The translations under genes were made by a program, and so were the position numbers. DNA of 63,068 nt, counting the filler, from Reticulomyxa filosa (lineage: Eukaryota > Protista > Foraminifera), in the NCBI GenBank assembly GCA_000512085.1. It is 23 parts of 23 records of this genome, joined end to end, with 100 filler letters (N's around TTAATTAATTAA, not from the genome) between each part and the next. Parts side by side here need not be neighbours in the genome. Positions count along the whole stretch, not along the records: positions 9,159 to 13,109 come from ASPP01019811.1; positions 13,210 to 14,330 come from ASPP01001348.1; positions 14,431 to 17,424 come from ASPP01024344.1; positions 17,525 to 18,580 come from ASPP01018186.1; positions 18,681 to 25,950 come from ASPP01014897.1; 18 more parts are not named here. The stretch is one strand, 5' to 3'. Below are positions 12,555-25,630 of the stretch, one piece after another (positions within the stretch are counted from its first letter, which is position 1; each line of letters begins with the position of its first letter). The notes under the pieces are model-generated. The model searched no databases. It was given only the letters and a program-made list of their open reading frames with translations, and had not been told where the DNA came from.

Positions 12555-13072
12555 ATGGAAATGCAGGATACATATCAGAAATCATTGCCAGCGTATATAT
12601 TATTTTCGCTACTGGAAGATTGCGACTTGTTAGGATGTCTGGATGTGCCAGTGGAGGTAGTGGAGGAAATAATTTCGTTTGTGAATTCTCCAAGCGATTG
12701 GTTGGAAGGAGCGTGGGTGACGCGACTGGTAGATGCAGCAGAAGAAGTGAGTGGGAATGACGACGAAGACATGGAAGCGAAAGAAGAGAAGAGAGCAGAA
12801 TCAGTTGTGGACAACAAAGTATTGGTGATATCTTCATCAATAGGGATATTAGGTTTGAACGACGACCATATTCTGCCCTATCATCTGTTGCACTCGTTAC
12901 AGCCGAAAACCAAGACAAACCAAAACACCATTGTTGGCAAGTATTGGAATTGTAAGACCAGCCAAACAGGGACCTTCGAATGTACACTTCACTCGTTGAA
13001 TCAATCCTCAGCTATTTCCTCGACATCGTCAGGAGGACAAGTGGCAAGTGACGTATCCTCTCCTCCGTCTTC

Positions 13073-13109
<37 letters not shown>
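12555..13109 (+). CDS. Hypothetical protein with F-box-like motif and poly-Ser, 3' truncated
   Basis: ATG 12555, open to the contig end; LDVPVEVVEEIISFV; ends in (TCA)n. Confidence 0.55.
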
Positions 13110-13209
13110 NNNNNNNNNNNNNNNNNNNNNNNNNNNNNNNNNNNNNNNNNNNNTTAATTAATTAANNNNNNNNNNNNNNNNNNNNNNNNNNNNNNNNNNN
13201 NNNNNNNNN

Positions 13210-13279
13210 ACATCACTTGGATACTCACAGATAAACTTGTATTCGTTTTTGATAGTATGATAAGAATAACAAGCTCTTG
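13210..13279 (-). pseudogene. Kelch-like family fragment lacking its 5' part
   Basis: Reads RACYSYHTIKNEYKFICEYPSD; the upstream sequence is not homologous. Confidence 0.65.
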
Positions 13280-13782
13280 AACTTTAAAAGTATGATAATA
13301 TAATCATAAAGGGCATGAAAGATCATTTGGACAAGTTATGTCAATTAACCTTTTCTTTAAATGCTTTAGCCAAAGTTAGATATTAGATTGTTAAATAGCT
13401 GAAATAATTCCATTGAGGTCATAAATTCGTCCTCTATTAATTTTCATTGTAGTTATTGAGCTGCTATATCTTTGGCTGATTAAAGTCATTAATATTTCTA
13501 CCTTATTAATGTTCAATGTGCAATGATTCAATAGAATGTTTATAAATAATTACATTGATCAAAACTACTTTGCTGTCTGTCTTTCAAATTTAGAACACCT
13601 TTTCACTATCCAATTTGTTTTTGAATTTTTTAAAAAACATTGAATGCATCTTTTTGAATTTTTTTAAACAACAAAGTAAGATAGAACACATTTCCAATCA
13701 AACAAATTTAATATCACCTTACTTTTCTTTTAATCAAACTTTTCAAACAAAAATACTCTCATTTCTTATTAGAAAAAGCAAA

Positions 13783-14330
13783 TTATCCCCAAATACAAAT
13801 GCGAGCTTCGCTTGAACTATAACATAAATTCAAATTATGTGTACCATTCTTAATATTTTCATAGTTCTTCTCTTTCTTTTTCAATTCAATAAATTTAAAA
13901 TCTAAGATTCCATCATCTCCTTTCTTATCTCCTTTGATCATATATAATTCATTCTTATTTGATCGAACATCCCAAAAACGAATTGTATTATCCCATGATC
14001 CAGAACATATCACATTTGATTTACCACCAATAACGTCATTATTACTTTTTATTACAAATTGTGAATATTCAACAGACAATACAGAATTTGTATGTCCATT
14101 GAACACTTGAATTTGTTGACCAGATCGAATATCCCACAAACGAACACTTTTATCATCTGATCCAGATAACATTGTATTCACTAATTCATTTGATCCATAT
14201 TTTACACTCCTAATACAGTCTCCATGTCCTTTGAATATATTAAATTGTTTCGTTGTTTCAATATCCCATATTCGAATGGTTTTATTAATTGATCCAGAGC
14301 AAATTGTATATCCATTTCCACCAATCACAC
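13783..14330 (-). CDS. WD40-repeat protein C-terminal part (same subfamily as 10132-11205)
   Basis: IGGNGYTICSGS..SVKYGSNEL..NVICSGSWDNTIRFWDVRSNKNELY..IWG*. Confidence 0.85.
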
Positions 14331-14874
14331 NNNNNNNNNNNNNNNNNNNNNNNNNNNNNNNNNNNNNNNNNNNNTTAATTAATTAANNNNNNNNNNNNNN
14401 NNNNNNNNNNNNNNNNNNNNNNNNNNNNNNTTCTGTTTTTCCCAAGGGAGTTAGTTCAAACTTAATTTTTTATAACGAGTTTTATCAGTTTTATGATTAC
14501 TTTGCAATGTTTTTGCAAATATGTTATTGTTTATTGTGTTGTTCGATTTATAAAGTTTTGTTGTGGTAAAGTTTATTAGTGTTTTTTACAATTTTTGTAG
14601 TTTATTATTATGTCGTGCAATTTTATTTTATTTTTGATCAGAATGATTGTTTGAATGATATTCCTTTTTTTTGCTTGTTTTTTAAAAGTCAATAAGCATT
14701 AAAGTGACATCAGTTGAAGTGTAATGAGCGTTTAATTGAAGAGTTAGTAGGATTTATTTGACAAAAAATAGTAATGAGACAAATTTTTTTATGTTCTTCA
14801 TGCTAAAGTGTTTTTGGCAACTTTTTTATTGGGAAAATAAGTTTAAATAGTTTTATCTTACGTCTAATTGAAAA

Positions 14875-15455
14875 TGACTACCTTCAAAGTTTTAACGTAA
14901 AGGCATTGGTAAGCTTCATTTCAATCTTTTCTAAACCTTGTTAATTGTGTTTATCATATTTATTATGTGATTTATGATTGGATCAGTCAAAAGAATAAAT
15001 TCAAATCATTGTTGAAAATTGGATTATGAAGTTAAAATTTAATTAGAATGAGCCTATAATTTTGACAAACTTATTATCAATTATGTTAGTTCTTTTGTTT
15101 TTGTTCATTCAATGACTTGTTATTTATGTTACTATTCCATATAGGCTGCTACTGTCCTCATGCTTGAAACATTTTGTTTGTCACCTAAATCAATACATTC
15201 ACTGGTCACACAAGCATCGTGAATAGTATTGATTCAAAATTAATTGTTATCAATATATCTGTTCTGGGTCAGGTAGTATGAGATTTAGATAAAAGTATTT
15301 GTTTATGGGATATTCGATCAAACAAAAATGAATTGCATATTCATTAAAGGAAACACGAAGGAAGATGCTGGAATAAATTGTCTTAAATTTCTACTATTAA
15401 ATAATGATAGTTGGCTATTGTTCGAACAATGATCCTGTTTGTATTTGGGGATAGA
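14875..15455 (+). pseudogene. Internally deleted box-module WD40 pseudogene
   Basis: Module exon 14987-15084 (98 nt, with stops), then ATVLMLETF..NTFTGHT and WDIRSNKNELH..INCLKFL..VCIWG* fragments. Confidence 0.75.
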
Positions 15456-17134
15456 CTGTCTTCCAGCAAAAAATTTTTTGCTGATTTGATTTTTTGATTA
15501 AATTAAATGAAATAAATTCTCCAATAATCACTATCATATTTCAAGCATTTCTTTTTTCTCATTAACCAACTCAAGAACGTACTGTTAACTAGAATGCTTC
15601 TTCAAGCAATCGATAATTTTATTTATAAAATGACAACTTTGTATTCTTTTTAGTTTTCGTTTGCACTTGTCTTTAGTCGTTGAGAAAAGTAAGCAATGAA
15701 AATCAAGGTAATGTTGAAAAATATTTTTGTTACATTTTTTTTTTGTCATTATCATTTTGTTCAAGATTATTTTCTTTGTGTTTTGTTTTTGTGAAAAAAT
15801 GTAAGAGTTGTAGAAATCAAGGGAAAGTCATAGATTGAGATTTCTTTTATAACTATTATAATTGTTTTGTCACTAACATTGATACAATTGTATTGCTATC
15901 TATCATTAAAATCTAATTCGAAGGTTCTTTCAATATTTTTAATTCTCTTCATTACATGACACAGTGTTTATTGTCTGGAGAAAATGGCTCACGAGAAATA
16001 TTAAAAGTTTGAAATTATGCATTGAGTTTCTGTACGTGAACATGCGCAATTCCAGTGAATATCTATATCGTCACTCATCCATGAAAAATTCTAAAACATT
16101 ATTCAATTGTTTTTCATTTAATTTCATTGATATTTTACAAAGTAATTTGCACAACAAAAGATCTGCCCTAAAACTTTGTTGTAACATTGTACAGCCATAT
16201 CTAAAATTTCTATAAAAATAGTAAATACTCTAACAAATGCAAGCAATCATTAAACATGTTCAATTTTGTTTATATTGTCTTGATTTAATCAATGATACAT
16301 AGAGTATCTGTCTATTCACTTGATCTAGTCACCCTATCCATGAAAGATTATTCGTATAAAATTGGATGGCCTAGCAACACTGCTCAAACGTTAACTTTAG
16401 CACAAACAAAAGACTTGAGTGTTTTTTAAACAAATTTTTTCTTTTTCCCTCCCCTTTTGTTGTGCGAATCATGAAAGCTAGAATTAGAGCTTGGTTTTGC
16501 CCGAGAAGAAGTGCCGCGAGACTACCTGACGGATTTGAACTTCCAAGTGTGCTTGAGGCATTTGAAAGGGGGACAAGGCTACCAGAAAGACAGGTTTTGA
16601 GTACAAAAACTGCAATAAGCCACTTGATGCTAGAGGAGAAAGCATATTTTTTTACACTTATTTATTTATTTTTTTTTGCGTTATCATATTTAATGATATA
16701 TTTGTTTGCCAGCGTTGATATCATTGATGGAACTGCTGTTCTTCCGCTCTCAATTAAAAAATCAACAAAATGAAAATTTTTTTTAATGCAAAAAAAAAAA
16801 AAAAAGCAAAATTACATCCCCTGCTCATGATGGACGCTTGAACATTAAGGAATAAGTTTTTATAATCACTCTTAAAAAAATGAATGTGAAAAAAAAAATA
16901 CATTATTCTTTGTTATCAAAATAACAAATTTTAAAGCGAGTGCGTTAATGTATCACCATTGATAAAAAAAAAAAGGATAATTTAAATATCTCTTTTAAGC
17001 CAGTTTAAGATATTTTTTGGATGAACAATTGTTTTGGAGAAAAAAAAACAAAAACCAAAAACACTCATTTAATTTTAGAGCTATGCAATTGTATGACCGT
17101 GTTGAAAGTCGGTTAGATTAGACTAAGTCAAATG

Positions 17135-17349
17135 CTAGTCGTTATTTTGAAAAATGTTGGAACGACCTTTGTCAATAAGTTGATAATCTTGGGGTATACG
17201 AAAGATGTCGTCTTCAATGTCAAGTTCTTTAAAGTTTTGAAACGTGACTGTGGCTTTCAAAACATGGAATAATGGCAATTCCAGCTGCACTGGGAATCCA
17301 GGTGGCATTTTAATTTCTAAAAACTCTCTTAATTTTCTTACCAACTTAC
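17135..17349 (-). CDS. ANKRD13: ANKRD13-family (GPCR-chaperone domain) last exon
   Basis: KLREFLEIKMPPGFPVQLELPLFHVLKATVTF..FRIPQDY matches the ANKRD13 C-terminal signature LPPGFPVKIEIP. Confidence 0.75.
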
Positions 17350-17524
17350 CTTTTTTTTTATTCATTTGTTTATTTGTGTTCAAACAAAAAAAAGTGGATG
17401 GGAGAGAGTAGGAGAGAAAAAAAANNNNNNNNNNNNNNNNNNNNNNNNNNNNNNNNNNNNNNNNNNNNTTAATTAATTAANNNNNNNNNNNNNNNNNNNN
17501 NNNNNNNNNNNNNNNNNNNNNNNN

Positions 17525-18372
17525 ACCGCCGACGAAAATGCCGTACACCGCGCCGGCCTCGTCGCGCATGGGCTCATAGACGAAATCGATGAAGCGCGTG
17601 CTGGCGTCGGTGCCGAGGCGAACCGGCATGGCGCGGGCGATGAAGCGCTCGCCGGTGTGGAACACCCGGTCGAGCAGATCGTAGAAGCCCTGGCCTTCCA
17701 GTTCCGGCAGCGCCTCGCGCACGCTGCGGCCAATGAAGCCGCGCTGGCCGGCGATGGCGAGGTAGGCTTCGTTCACGTATCGTAGACGTGATCGGGGCCG
17801 CTCAGCACGGCGATGAAGCCGGGCGCCTTCTGGAACATGCGGCGCTGGCGCTCGATCTCGGCCAGGAGCCGCTGCTCGGTCAGCACCTTCTGCGTGGTTT
17901 CGCTGCAGACGACCAGCACGCCACCCACGCCATTTGGCGCGTGGGCATCGTCGATCGGGCTGTAGCTGTAGGTCCAATAGACATCCTCGCGACGGCCGTT
18001 GCGCGTGATCGGCACGAGATGGTTCTCGTTCCAGGTGGCGCCGCGGCCGTCCATCACCTGTTCGATCTGCGGTCCGATGATGGGCCAGATCTCGTCCCAC
18101 ACCTGGCGGCCCTGCCGGCCCAGTGAGGATGGGTGGCGCTCCGGGCCAATCGAACGCCGGTAGGCATCGTTGTAGAAGCAGATGAGGTCGGGGCCCCACC
18201 AGATGTACATCGGGTGGCCGCAGTTCAGCAGCAGGCGGACGGCGGTGCGCAGCGACTGCGGCCATCCGGCCGGCTCTCCGAGCGGCGTATCCTTCCAGTC
18301 ATGGGCCCGCATGAGCGCGCCCATCTCGCCGCCGCCGGCGAGGAAGGTCGGGTCGCGCTCGGTCGATGTCAT
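17525..18372 (-). CDS. Bacterial PAS-domain sensor (N-terminus of a histidine kinase or related signalling protein); frameshift near 17780; 3' truncated
   Basis: GC-rich, intronless. GGGEMGALMRAHDWKDTPLGEPAGWPQSLRTAV..YWTYSYSPI; the second PAS (FQKAPGFIAVLSGPDHVY / YVNEAYL..FIDFVYEPMRDEAGAVYGIFV) is split across two frames. Confidence 0.88.
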
Positions 18373-18431
18373 GGCGGGGACAGTATCGATTCGCGCCTGT
18401 CCCGCAAGCGCAGGGGCCCGAGGCGGCTTTC

Positions 18432-18580
18432 TCAGATCACCCGCTGCGTCCGCGCGAAGGCCATGTAGAGGTCGTGGGCGCGGGCGGCGATCGGACCGGG
18501 CTGCAGGTCGCGGTCCTCGTAACGGCTGACGGGTTGCACCTTACCGGCATTGCCGGTGGTGAACATCTCGTCGGCTTCCT
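18432..18580 (-). CDS. ilvE: Bacterial class IV (branched-chain amino acid) aminotransferase, C-terminal 48 aa; not in the ORF track
   Basis: Own translation: EADEMFTTGNAGKVQPVSRYEDRDLQPGPIAARAHDLYMAFARTQRVI*, the ADExFxTG..PV..GP C-terminal pattern seen in alphaproteobacterial members. Confidence 0.75.
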
Positions 18581-18948
18581 NNNNNNNNNNNNNNNNNNNN
18601 NNNNNNNNNNNNNNNNNNNNNNNNTTAATTAATTAANNNNNNNNNNNNNNNNNNNNNNNNNNNNNNNNNNNNNNNNNNNNTTTTTTTTTTATGTGTCAAT
18701 TCGAAGTGTTTGACATATGATATTTGATTTTGTCATAGTGAATGATTGAACGCTTCATGTTCGTTGTGTTTTTTCAATAACAACACCAAAAAAGTTGTGA
18801 TATTTAACCTCAATAAAACAAAACAAAGACCACGCAACTTCCAAAGTCTTTACTATCGATGTTCTTTCCACCAACCACTGTAACTTTCAAAGTTCCTTTT
18901 TTATATTTCCATTGGTTTAAATTGCTCTTTTTTTCAATTTTCTATTTT

Positions 18949-19308
18949 TTATTTTTTTCCTCTTTCTGCGAGCTTGGGTGAAGCATATTTTTTGATCAAA
19001 AGTCGCTTAACTTTTAGCATATTTTTTCTCTTTCTGTACAAATAAAAACCTATAACAATTATCAAAAGTGTTGATGCAAATCTGACAAAAATCCGAATCA
19101 TGGTCATTGTTCGAAGTGCTTGCACGGGGTCTTTCGGGAGCTGGAATCCAAGAAATGAAGAGTGAACTTCTTTTGTTGGCGCCAATACTGGTGCTGACGG
19201 AAGTGACGGTGCTAGCAAGGCTGCTGATGTTGTGACTGGCGCTGCTAGTTTTTTTTCTGCCAGACCAGATTGTTTTTCTTTCAGATTTGATAATTCTGAT
19301 TCTATCAT
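18949..19308 (-). CDS. Small hypothetical single-pass membrane protein
   Basis: 119-aa ATG ORF with an Ala/Pro-rich region, hydrophobic FASTLLIIVIGFYLY and basic RKRK after it. Confidence 0.5.
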   Translation of the reverse strand: MIESELSNLKEKQSGLAEKKLAAPVTTSAALLAPSLPSAPVLAPTKEVHSSFLGFQLPKDPVQALRTMTMIRIFVRFASTLLIIVIGFYLYRKRKNMLKVKRLLIKKYASPKLAERGKK

Positions 19309-19789
19309 TATTAAAATTTTTTGATTAGAATAATTTTACAAAAAAATTTCGTTTGGGCCCTTAGTCTCAAGAATTAATTCCAAATTTTTACACTTATTTT
19401 AACAGAAATGTCAAAAAAATTTGAATTGGCTCTCAGTTATGCAAAAGGAAGTGTTTCATTGAATTTGTTTTACTATCAACATCATCCTCGCTTTCGGCAT
19501 CGAAAAATAAGCGAAACATTGAAAATTTTAATTAAAAATAAACAATAACAATGCTAAACAGAAATAGTAAAAATCCCATTGTTTTAAGAAGTTATGTTTA
19601 TAGTCGAACTGGTATTTGACTAAGTTCAATATTAAAATAAAACGTTAGATGGACAGAGGATCATCCACGAAAAATTAAGATAATTGTTATGTGCAATTTT
19701 TGATTATCACAAAAAGTATATTCACTGACACAATTTATCAGAAAGCTAAGATATCTTGCATTTACAAAAAATATTTTATATGTATCTCC

Positions 19790-20391
19790 TGATTGAATGT
19801 TCCATATTCGTATTGTTTTATCACATGAACTTGATACAATAAATTGACCATCTGGAAAAAATTGTACACATTAACATAATCAGAATGTCTTCTAATCCTT
19901 TCAATCTTTTACCAAATTTTGCATCACATATACCAATCATTTTGTCAAAAGATGATGATACAATCACTTGGCCATCGTGGAATTGCACACTTGATATACC
20001 TCTTGAATGGCCTATTAGACTTTATATTTCTTTTCCAGATGCTACATCCCATATAGGTATTTGTTTTCTTTGAACATGACACAATATTCTTCTCATCCGG
20101 AGAAAATTTGCCTCTCATATCGATTCTGAATGTTCTTCCAATTTTTCCACTTTTTTTCCTTATTTTATATTCCATAATCTGATTGTTTTGTCGTGAAAAT
20201 ATACATAACATATTTAATACTAATTTTATCAAAGTTGTGAACCCACCCTAGTTTAGTGCTCAAAACACGAATCCAATTTTGAATAGTTACTTATATTCCT
20301 TCGTTTTTACGTCCACTAATACACATACAAATATATATTTAAGAAACCACCAATGGTGATACTGTAGCCTCTTTTTTGTGGATATGTCCAT
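19790..20391 (-). pseudogene. Box-module WD40 pseudogene
   Basis: 20308-20210 reads KNEGI*VTIQNWIRVLSTKLGWVHNFDKISIKY; downstream are frameshifted KFSPDEKNIVSCS, WDVASGKE, FPDGQFIVSSSCDKTIRIW fragments. Confidence 0.8.
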
Positions 20392-20874
20392 TACCCCTTT
20401 TTGTTGTGTTAAAAAGGACAAAGTGCTTTCGGACAATTTAGAAGCTTTTGTAGTTTTTTGTATTAATTTTTTACTTTTAACATTTTTAATTTACTGAATG
20501 ATATTGCATTTTTAAAAAAATTGATTGAAGCTGATTGAAGTATAAAAAGTCTATACAATCAAAGTTGAATGCTGGATTATTCTGGTAAGTCAAGTGCAAA
20601 GTGCTAAGAAAAAACCTCTTATAATGATTTCGTTTCCCTCAATCTAAATGTTGATCATTTATTCCGGTGTTCTATTTTTCCTTTTGTTTATTTCAGTATT
20701 CGTGGTTCACATTTCTTTGCTTCATCAAAAAAATGAAAATTAATCTTGAACTTAAAAATACAATAAATTGATTTGATTAGCCCAGACTTGCACAAATAAC
20801 CTAATTTAAAAGACGGAGGGAAACTGAGCACATTCTTTTGAACAAAAAAATTTGTTGAAATTTAATCATATGCA

Positions 20875-22365
20875 ATGTCTTTATTTAAAGCATATGTAAA
20901 TGATGGAGAGAAAATGCATACAATAATATTGCCGAGGTTAACAATGGAACACCTGAAACAGCAAATCCTTCAAGTCACTCAATCGACACACGTGAACGAA
21001 GTGCTGGAAGCAATCATCGACAGAGATGGCAACCATATTGAAACAGATGAAAGTCTGGTTCACGCATTTAACGAAGAGATTGTATATCTTACTGTCCAGT
21101 TCAAATTGAGTTTATTTCTTATTATCATTATATAATATATTATTTATCTCAACATCAATTTGGATTTCGAATACAAAGAGCAAACGTAAAACATACAATA
21201 AGGAACAGAAGATATTTCAAGAGTGGATGAAATTAAACTATCAATAACAAAGAAAGAGGATATATCAGATGCATTAGATTTCAAAAAGCATTGGGGTAGA
21301 TATTGGAGAAAAGCAAACGTTCAAGCAGCGAAAACAACTGAAGAAATGATACATGATAATGAGAAAGGATTAATTATTGTTGCATACAATACGTTGAAAT
21401 GGAAAAATAACGATGATAATCTTCTTTCAATTATTAAGCTAATGGACAATAAGAAAGATGATATAAAAGAATTTGGAGAATATTGTATGTATGTGATAAG
21501 AAGAAAATTAATTGTATTGGAGCAAGTGAATATTCATGGAAATGTATATATTATCGATTGCGAACTTCAGTGTAGAGGAGAGGTAAATATCACAACGCAG
21601 ATATTTATTGCAAAGAATGCTATTATCGATAAAAAATTAAAACAATGCATTTCTCCAATTCAATGGAGTACACAAATACATCATAATATTCCAATAAAAT
21701 TTCAAGATATTGAAGACCAAGAAGAGCAATATACAAAACAAAAATTATATGATAGATCTATTTTTCTTTTGCGAAAATATTTACAAACTGCAATTGACAC
21801 TTTTGGTGTCAATCATCATTATGTCGCTATTGCTTATAACTTGCTTGCACTGGTACATAGTGACAGAGGACAATTTAAGAAAGCAATTGAGTTGTTTGAA
21901 AATGCATTGAAGATTTTATTTGATATTTTTGGAATCAAATGTAGTTTTGTTGCGCAATTATATATAAATTTAGGACATACATACAATAAGACAAATCAAT
22001 ATGACAAGGCGATTGACTGTTGTACAAAAGCATTAAAAATCCAATTGGAGATCTTTGGAGTCGATCACGTCTACATTGCTCGATCGTACAATAGCTTAGG
22101 AATATCTTATAAGAAAAGCTGTTCTTATCACAAAGCGAATGAATGCTATGAGAATGCACTGAGGATAGTTCAAGGAATACTTGGAAATAAAAGTGGAGAA
22201 GTTGCCGATTCGATTTGGAATTTGGGATGTCTATTTGAAGCTCTGGGAGACAATAAAACTGCAAGTAAATATTTTGAAGAATCATGGAAGATATATAGCG
22301 CATTATTTGGAGAATGGGGCAAAGAAACATTGCAAGCAAGAGGAAAAGTGAAAAAATTTGAGTGA
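20875..22365 (+). CDS. TPR-repeat protein with N-terminal PB1/ubiquitin-like domain
   Basis: Exons 20875-21109 and 21203-22365 (phase-1 GT..AG intron). 42-aa kinesin-light-chain-type TPRs (HHYVAIAYNLLALVH..YIARSYNSLG). The PB1-like call is inference. Confidence 0.8.
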
Positions 22366-22605
22366 ATGAGTTGTGAGAATAAAAAAAAAGTGCATTGGTT
22401 TTTACAAATTTGACACTCTGATTGTCTACAGACGTTTAAATTGTTCTTGTTGAAGCATATACATTCTCGAAAGTTTGAAAAAAGCAATACAAATGTGATT
22501 TTCAGTCTATCTGCTTCGGGCTTCACTCCAAAATGATTGAAATTCAATGGAAAACTTTTATTCATATCTCTTCATTCAATGAAAGACATTTTTTAAAAAT
22601 TATGT

Positions 22606-23782
22606 TTATTTGTTTGAAGAAATTGAGTCACTCCATAATCGAATTGTAAAATCTGAAGAGCCTGATACGATTGTATGACCATCTGATGAAATATCAATTC
22701 CTGTGATCCAGCGAAAATGTCCTTCCAATTTTTGTATTTCACGCCCTGATTTTACATCCCATAAACGAATAGTTTTATCACTTGAACAAGATGCAATTGT
22801 GTTACCATCTGGAAAATATTTCACTGCGCTTATAATACCTGAATGTCCCTCTATTTTTTTCACTTCTTTTCCTGACCCCACATTCCAGATTCGGATTGTT
22901 CGATCAGATGAACACGATACAACAAATCGATTATCTGGAGAAAATTCGGCACGTATTACCATGTCATTATGTCCTATTAATTCTTTCAATCTTTCTCTTG
23001 AATGTACATCCCATATGCCAATCGTTTTGTCAAGAGATGATGACACAATCATTTGACCATCAGATGAAAATTGTACATTATTTATGCCACCAGAATGACC
23101 TATGAATGATCCAACTATACTTCCTGATTTCAGATCCCATAATGGTATTCTATTTTGAGATGAACTTGACACAAGATATTTGCCATCTGGAGAAAAATTT
23201 ACATCCCATGTATATACTTCTCCTTGAATTTTTGCCACTTCGTGTTTAGATTTAACATCCCATAATCGAATAGTATTGTCATCTGCCCCCGAAGCAATAA
23301 TATTTTCGTCTGGTGAAAATTTTACAGCATTAATGCTACCACTATGCCCAGAGAAGGTTTGTATTATATTCCCTGATGCCACATCCCATAATCGAATTAC
23401 TCTTTCAGACGAAACAATTGTGCGACCGTCTGCTGAAAACTTTACGCTTCTCACAGCGGCGCCTTGAGTTTGTAACGTCTTCAATAATTTAAAATATCTA
23501 GTCTGTTTTGAATGTGTTGACATCAAAAATTCTTTCAGTTGGCTCTCAGAACAAAGCTTACAAATAGATCGCTTAACGTAATTAAAAACAACTTTGTCAA
23601 AATCGTGGATCCATCCCACTTTCACATTCAAAACTCGGATCCAATGTCGGATAACTGTGTTTACCCCTTTCTCTGACTGTTTTTATTTTCTTAAGTTTGT
23701 CTTTACGAATAAATATCCTATTAAATACGCAACTTACCACTACTAGCGCCATATTCTCATTTCTGTTGGTAGTAATATTCAT
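22606..23782 (-). CDS. Complete WD40-repeat protein with N-terminal 33-aa box module
   Basis: Exons 23782-23738, 23676-23578 (SEKGVNTVIRHWIRVLNVKVGWIHDFDKVVFNY) and 23502-22606 (about seven WD40 repeats); exon 1 and 2 sizes (45 and 99 nt) equal those of 5954-6746. Confidence 0.88.
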
Positions 23783-24117
23783 TATTTCAATGCTTACTGT
23801 AATTAAAAAAGGGCGCTACTTGTCGATTTTGAACGTCTAATCCTAACTTCTATTACCTACATAGTAGGCAATCGAATCTACCAGGAAAGGTTTTTCAAGT
23901 ACAAAATTTTTTTTTGGTAAGAAAGCTGAGAAACAGCCATGAACAAAAACAATGAGGGAAAATAGTTTCGTTGTAGCCGTTTATTGTAGAAAGGCTCAAA
24001 AAAAAAAAAAAAGATTTGGGGGAGGGATAATTATTGCGTTAGTATCATCATTTTAGACTTTGTGTGTGATTTCGGTACTTTTGCATTTGTGTTCGTCCAA
24101 TCTAAAAAGACAAAGAA

Positions 24118-25595
24118 ATGCAGTCGAAAAGTGCAACGAGTTTGATGGGAAGCGAGACGAGCACAGTTCGAGGAGGTGCGTTAAAGAACCTGTTATCCTA
24201 CGCGCAAAATCTGGAATTTGTGGAGAGCGACTACTCGCTGCTTGGAGGGAAGGACGAGCGCATGGGTCCGGTGGGACTGGAGAGTATATCGCGAAGCTGT
24301 GACGCAAAGATTTTGATAATAGTGTGTGGAGGTTCGATGTCGGTGGGCCCAAGACGACACCCAGTGCACACGCATAAGCACATATCAAAAGAAGCAGAAA
24401 GCAGCAGCAGCAGCAGCAACAACAACAGCAATAATAATAATAATAATGGGAATAGTATTGTGATAACAAGTCCAAGTGTATCCATACCGAGACAGCAAGA
24501 TGTGAACAAGAAGCCCATCACCACGACAGCTATCACTACAGCGGCTACAACGCCCGAAGCGGAAGTGCCCCCGATTGTGATCACAGTATCAGCATCGTCA
24601 AACACACCAACGCCGACGTCGAATGACCATAACGTGATTCAGCTTACAAATAGTATCGACCACGCAAATTCGCTATCGCAGGTGCAACAAGATAAAAAAT
24701 TGGAAGCGACGCAAATGTTGCAAATACCACAGTTCCATCAACATGGTCAGCATCAACAACAACATCAAAATCAAAATCAAAATCAAAATCAAAATCAAAA
24801 TGAAAACAGTAATGAAATGATGCGTCATGGTTTTTTGGAATCGTATCTCCGCAACGACCCGTCATTCCAGCATCCATCGTTGCCGTGCTATGACATCCTC
24901 GAGTGGAGAGACCTGACGAGCAGCAGCAGCTTCGACGCGCGACACTGGAGCAAGCTGTGCTCGCAAATCCAAAACTATTACTTGGAGTACGACGGCTTTG
25001 TGATCATCCACGGACGCAGGACCTTATGCTACACCGCCAGTGCGCTGTCGTTCATGCTGGAACACTTGGGCAAACCTGTCGTGCTCACGGCCAGTGGCGG
25101 CACGTGGAACAACGTGCTCACTGACAACAAACTCAATCTCATGTGTGCCATGATCGCCGCTGCTCAAGGCAGATACCTTTGCGAAGTATGCGTGTGCGTC
25201 GACAAAAAAATATATCGCGGAAATCGCGTCTTGCTTCGCAATGCTACGTCGCCCTTTCGGTCGTTTTACTCGCCCAATTTCCCCTCCATCGCCACCTTTG
25301 GAAACAACTTGGTGTTTCGCAATCCTTATCGCATGCTCCCGCAGCCCAAAATCATGTTCCGCGTCTTCAAGGCCATGTTCACCAATATTGTTGTCATTTA
25401 TATCACTCCTTTGCTCGCTGTCGATTTGATGCGCCAATTGCTCTTTGGACGAGCCAAAGCTTTGAAAAAGAAAAAAGTAGTGACGGCCAATGGTGGTAAT
25501 GCTGAGAAGAAAAAGATAAACAAGAAGAAGAGGAAGAGGAAGAGGAAGAAGAAGGGGATGAAGATGATGAGGATGAGGATGAGGATGAAGATGAA

Positions 25596-25630
<35 letters not shown>

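Noticed and set aside
16462-16773. 103-aa ORF with a higher-GC start
   Set aside because: No family signature; it runs into T-rich non-coding sequence.
17788-18632. Plus-strand ORFs in the bacterial contig
   Set aside because: Antisense shadows typical of high-GC DNA; the real genes are on the minus strand.
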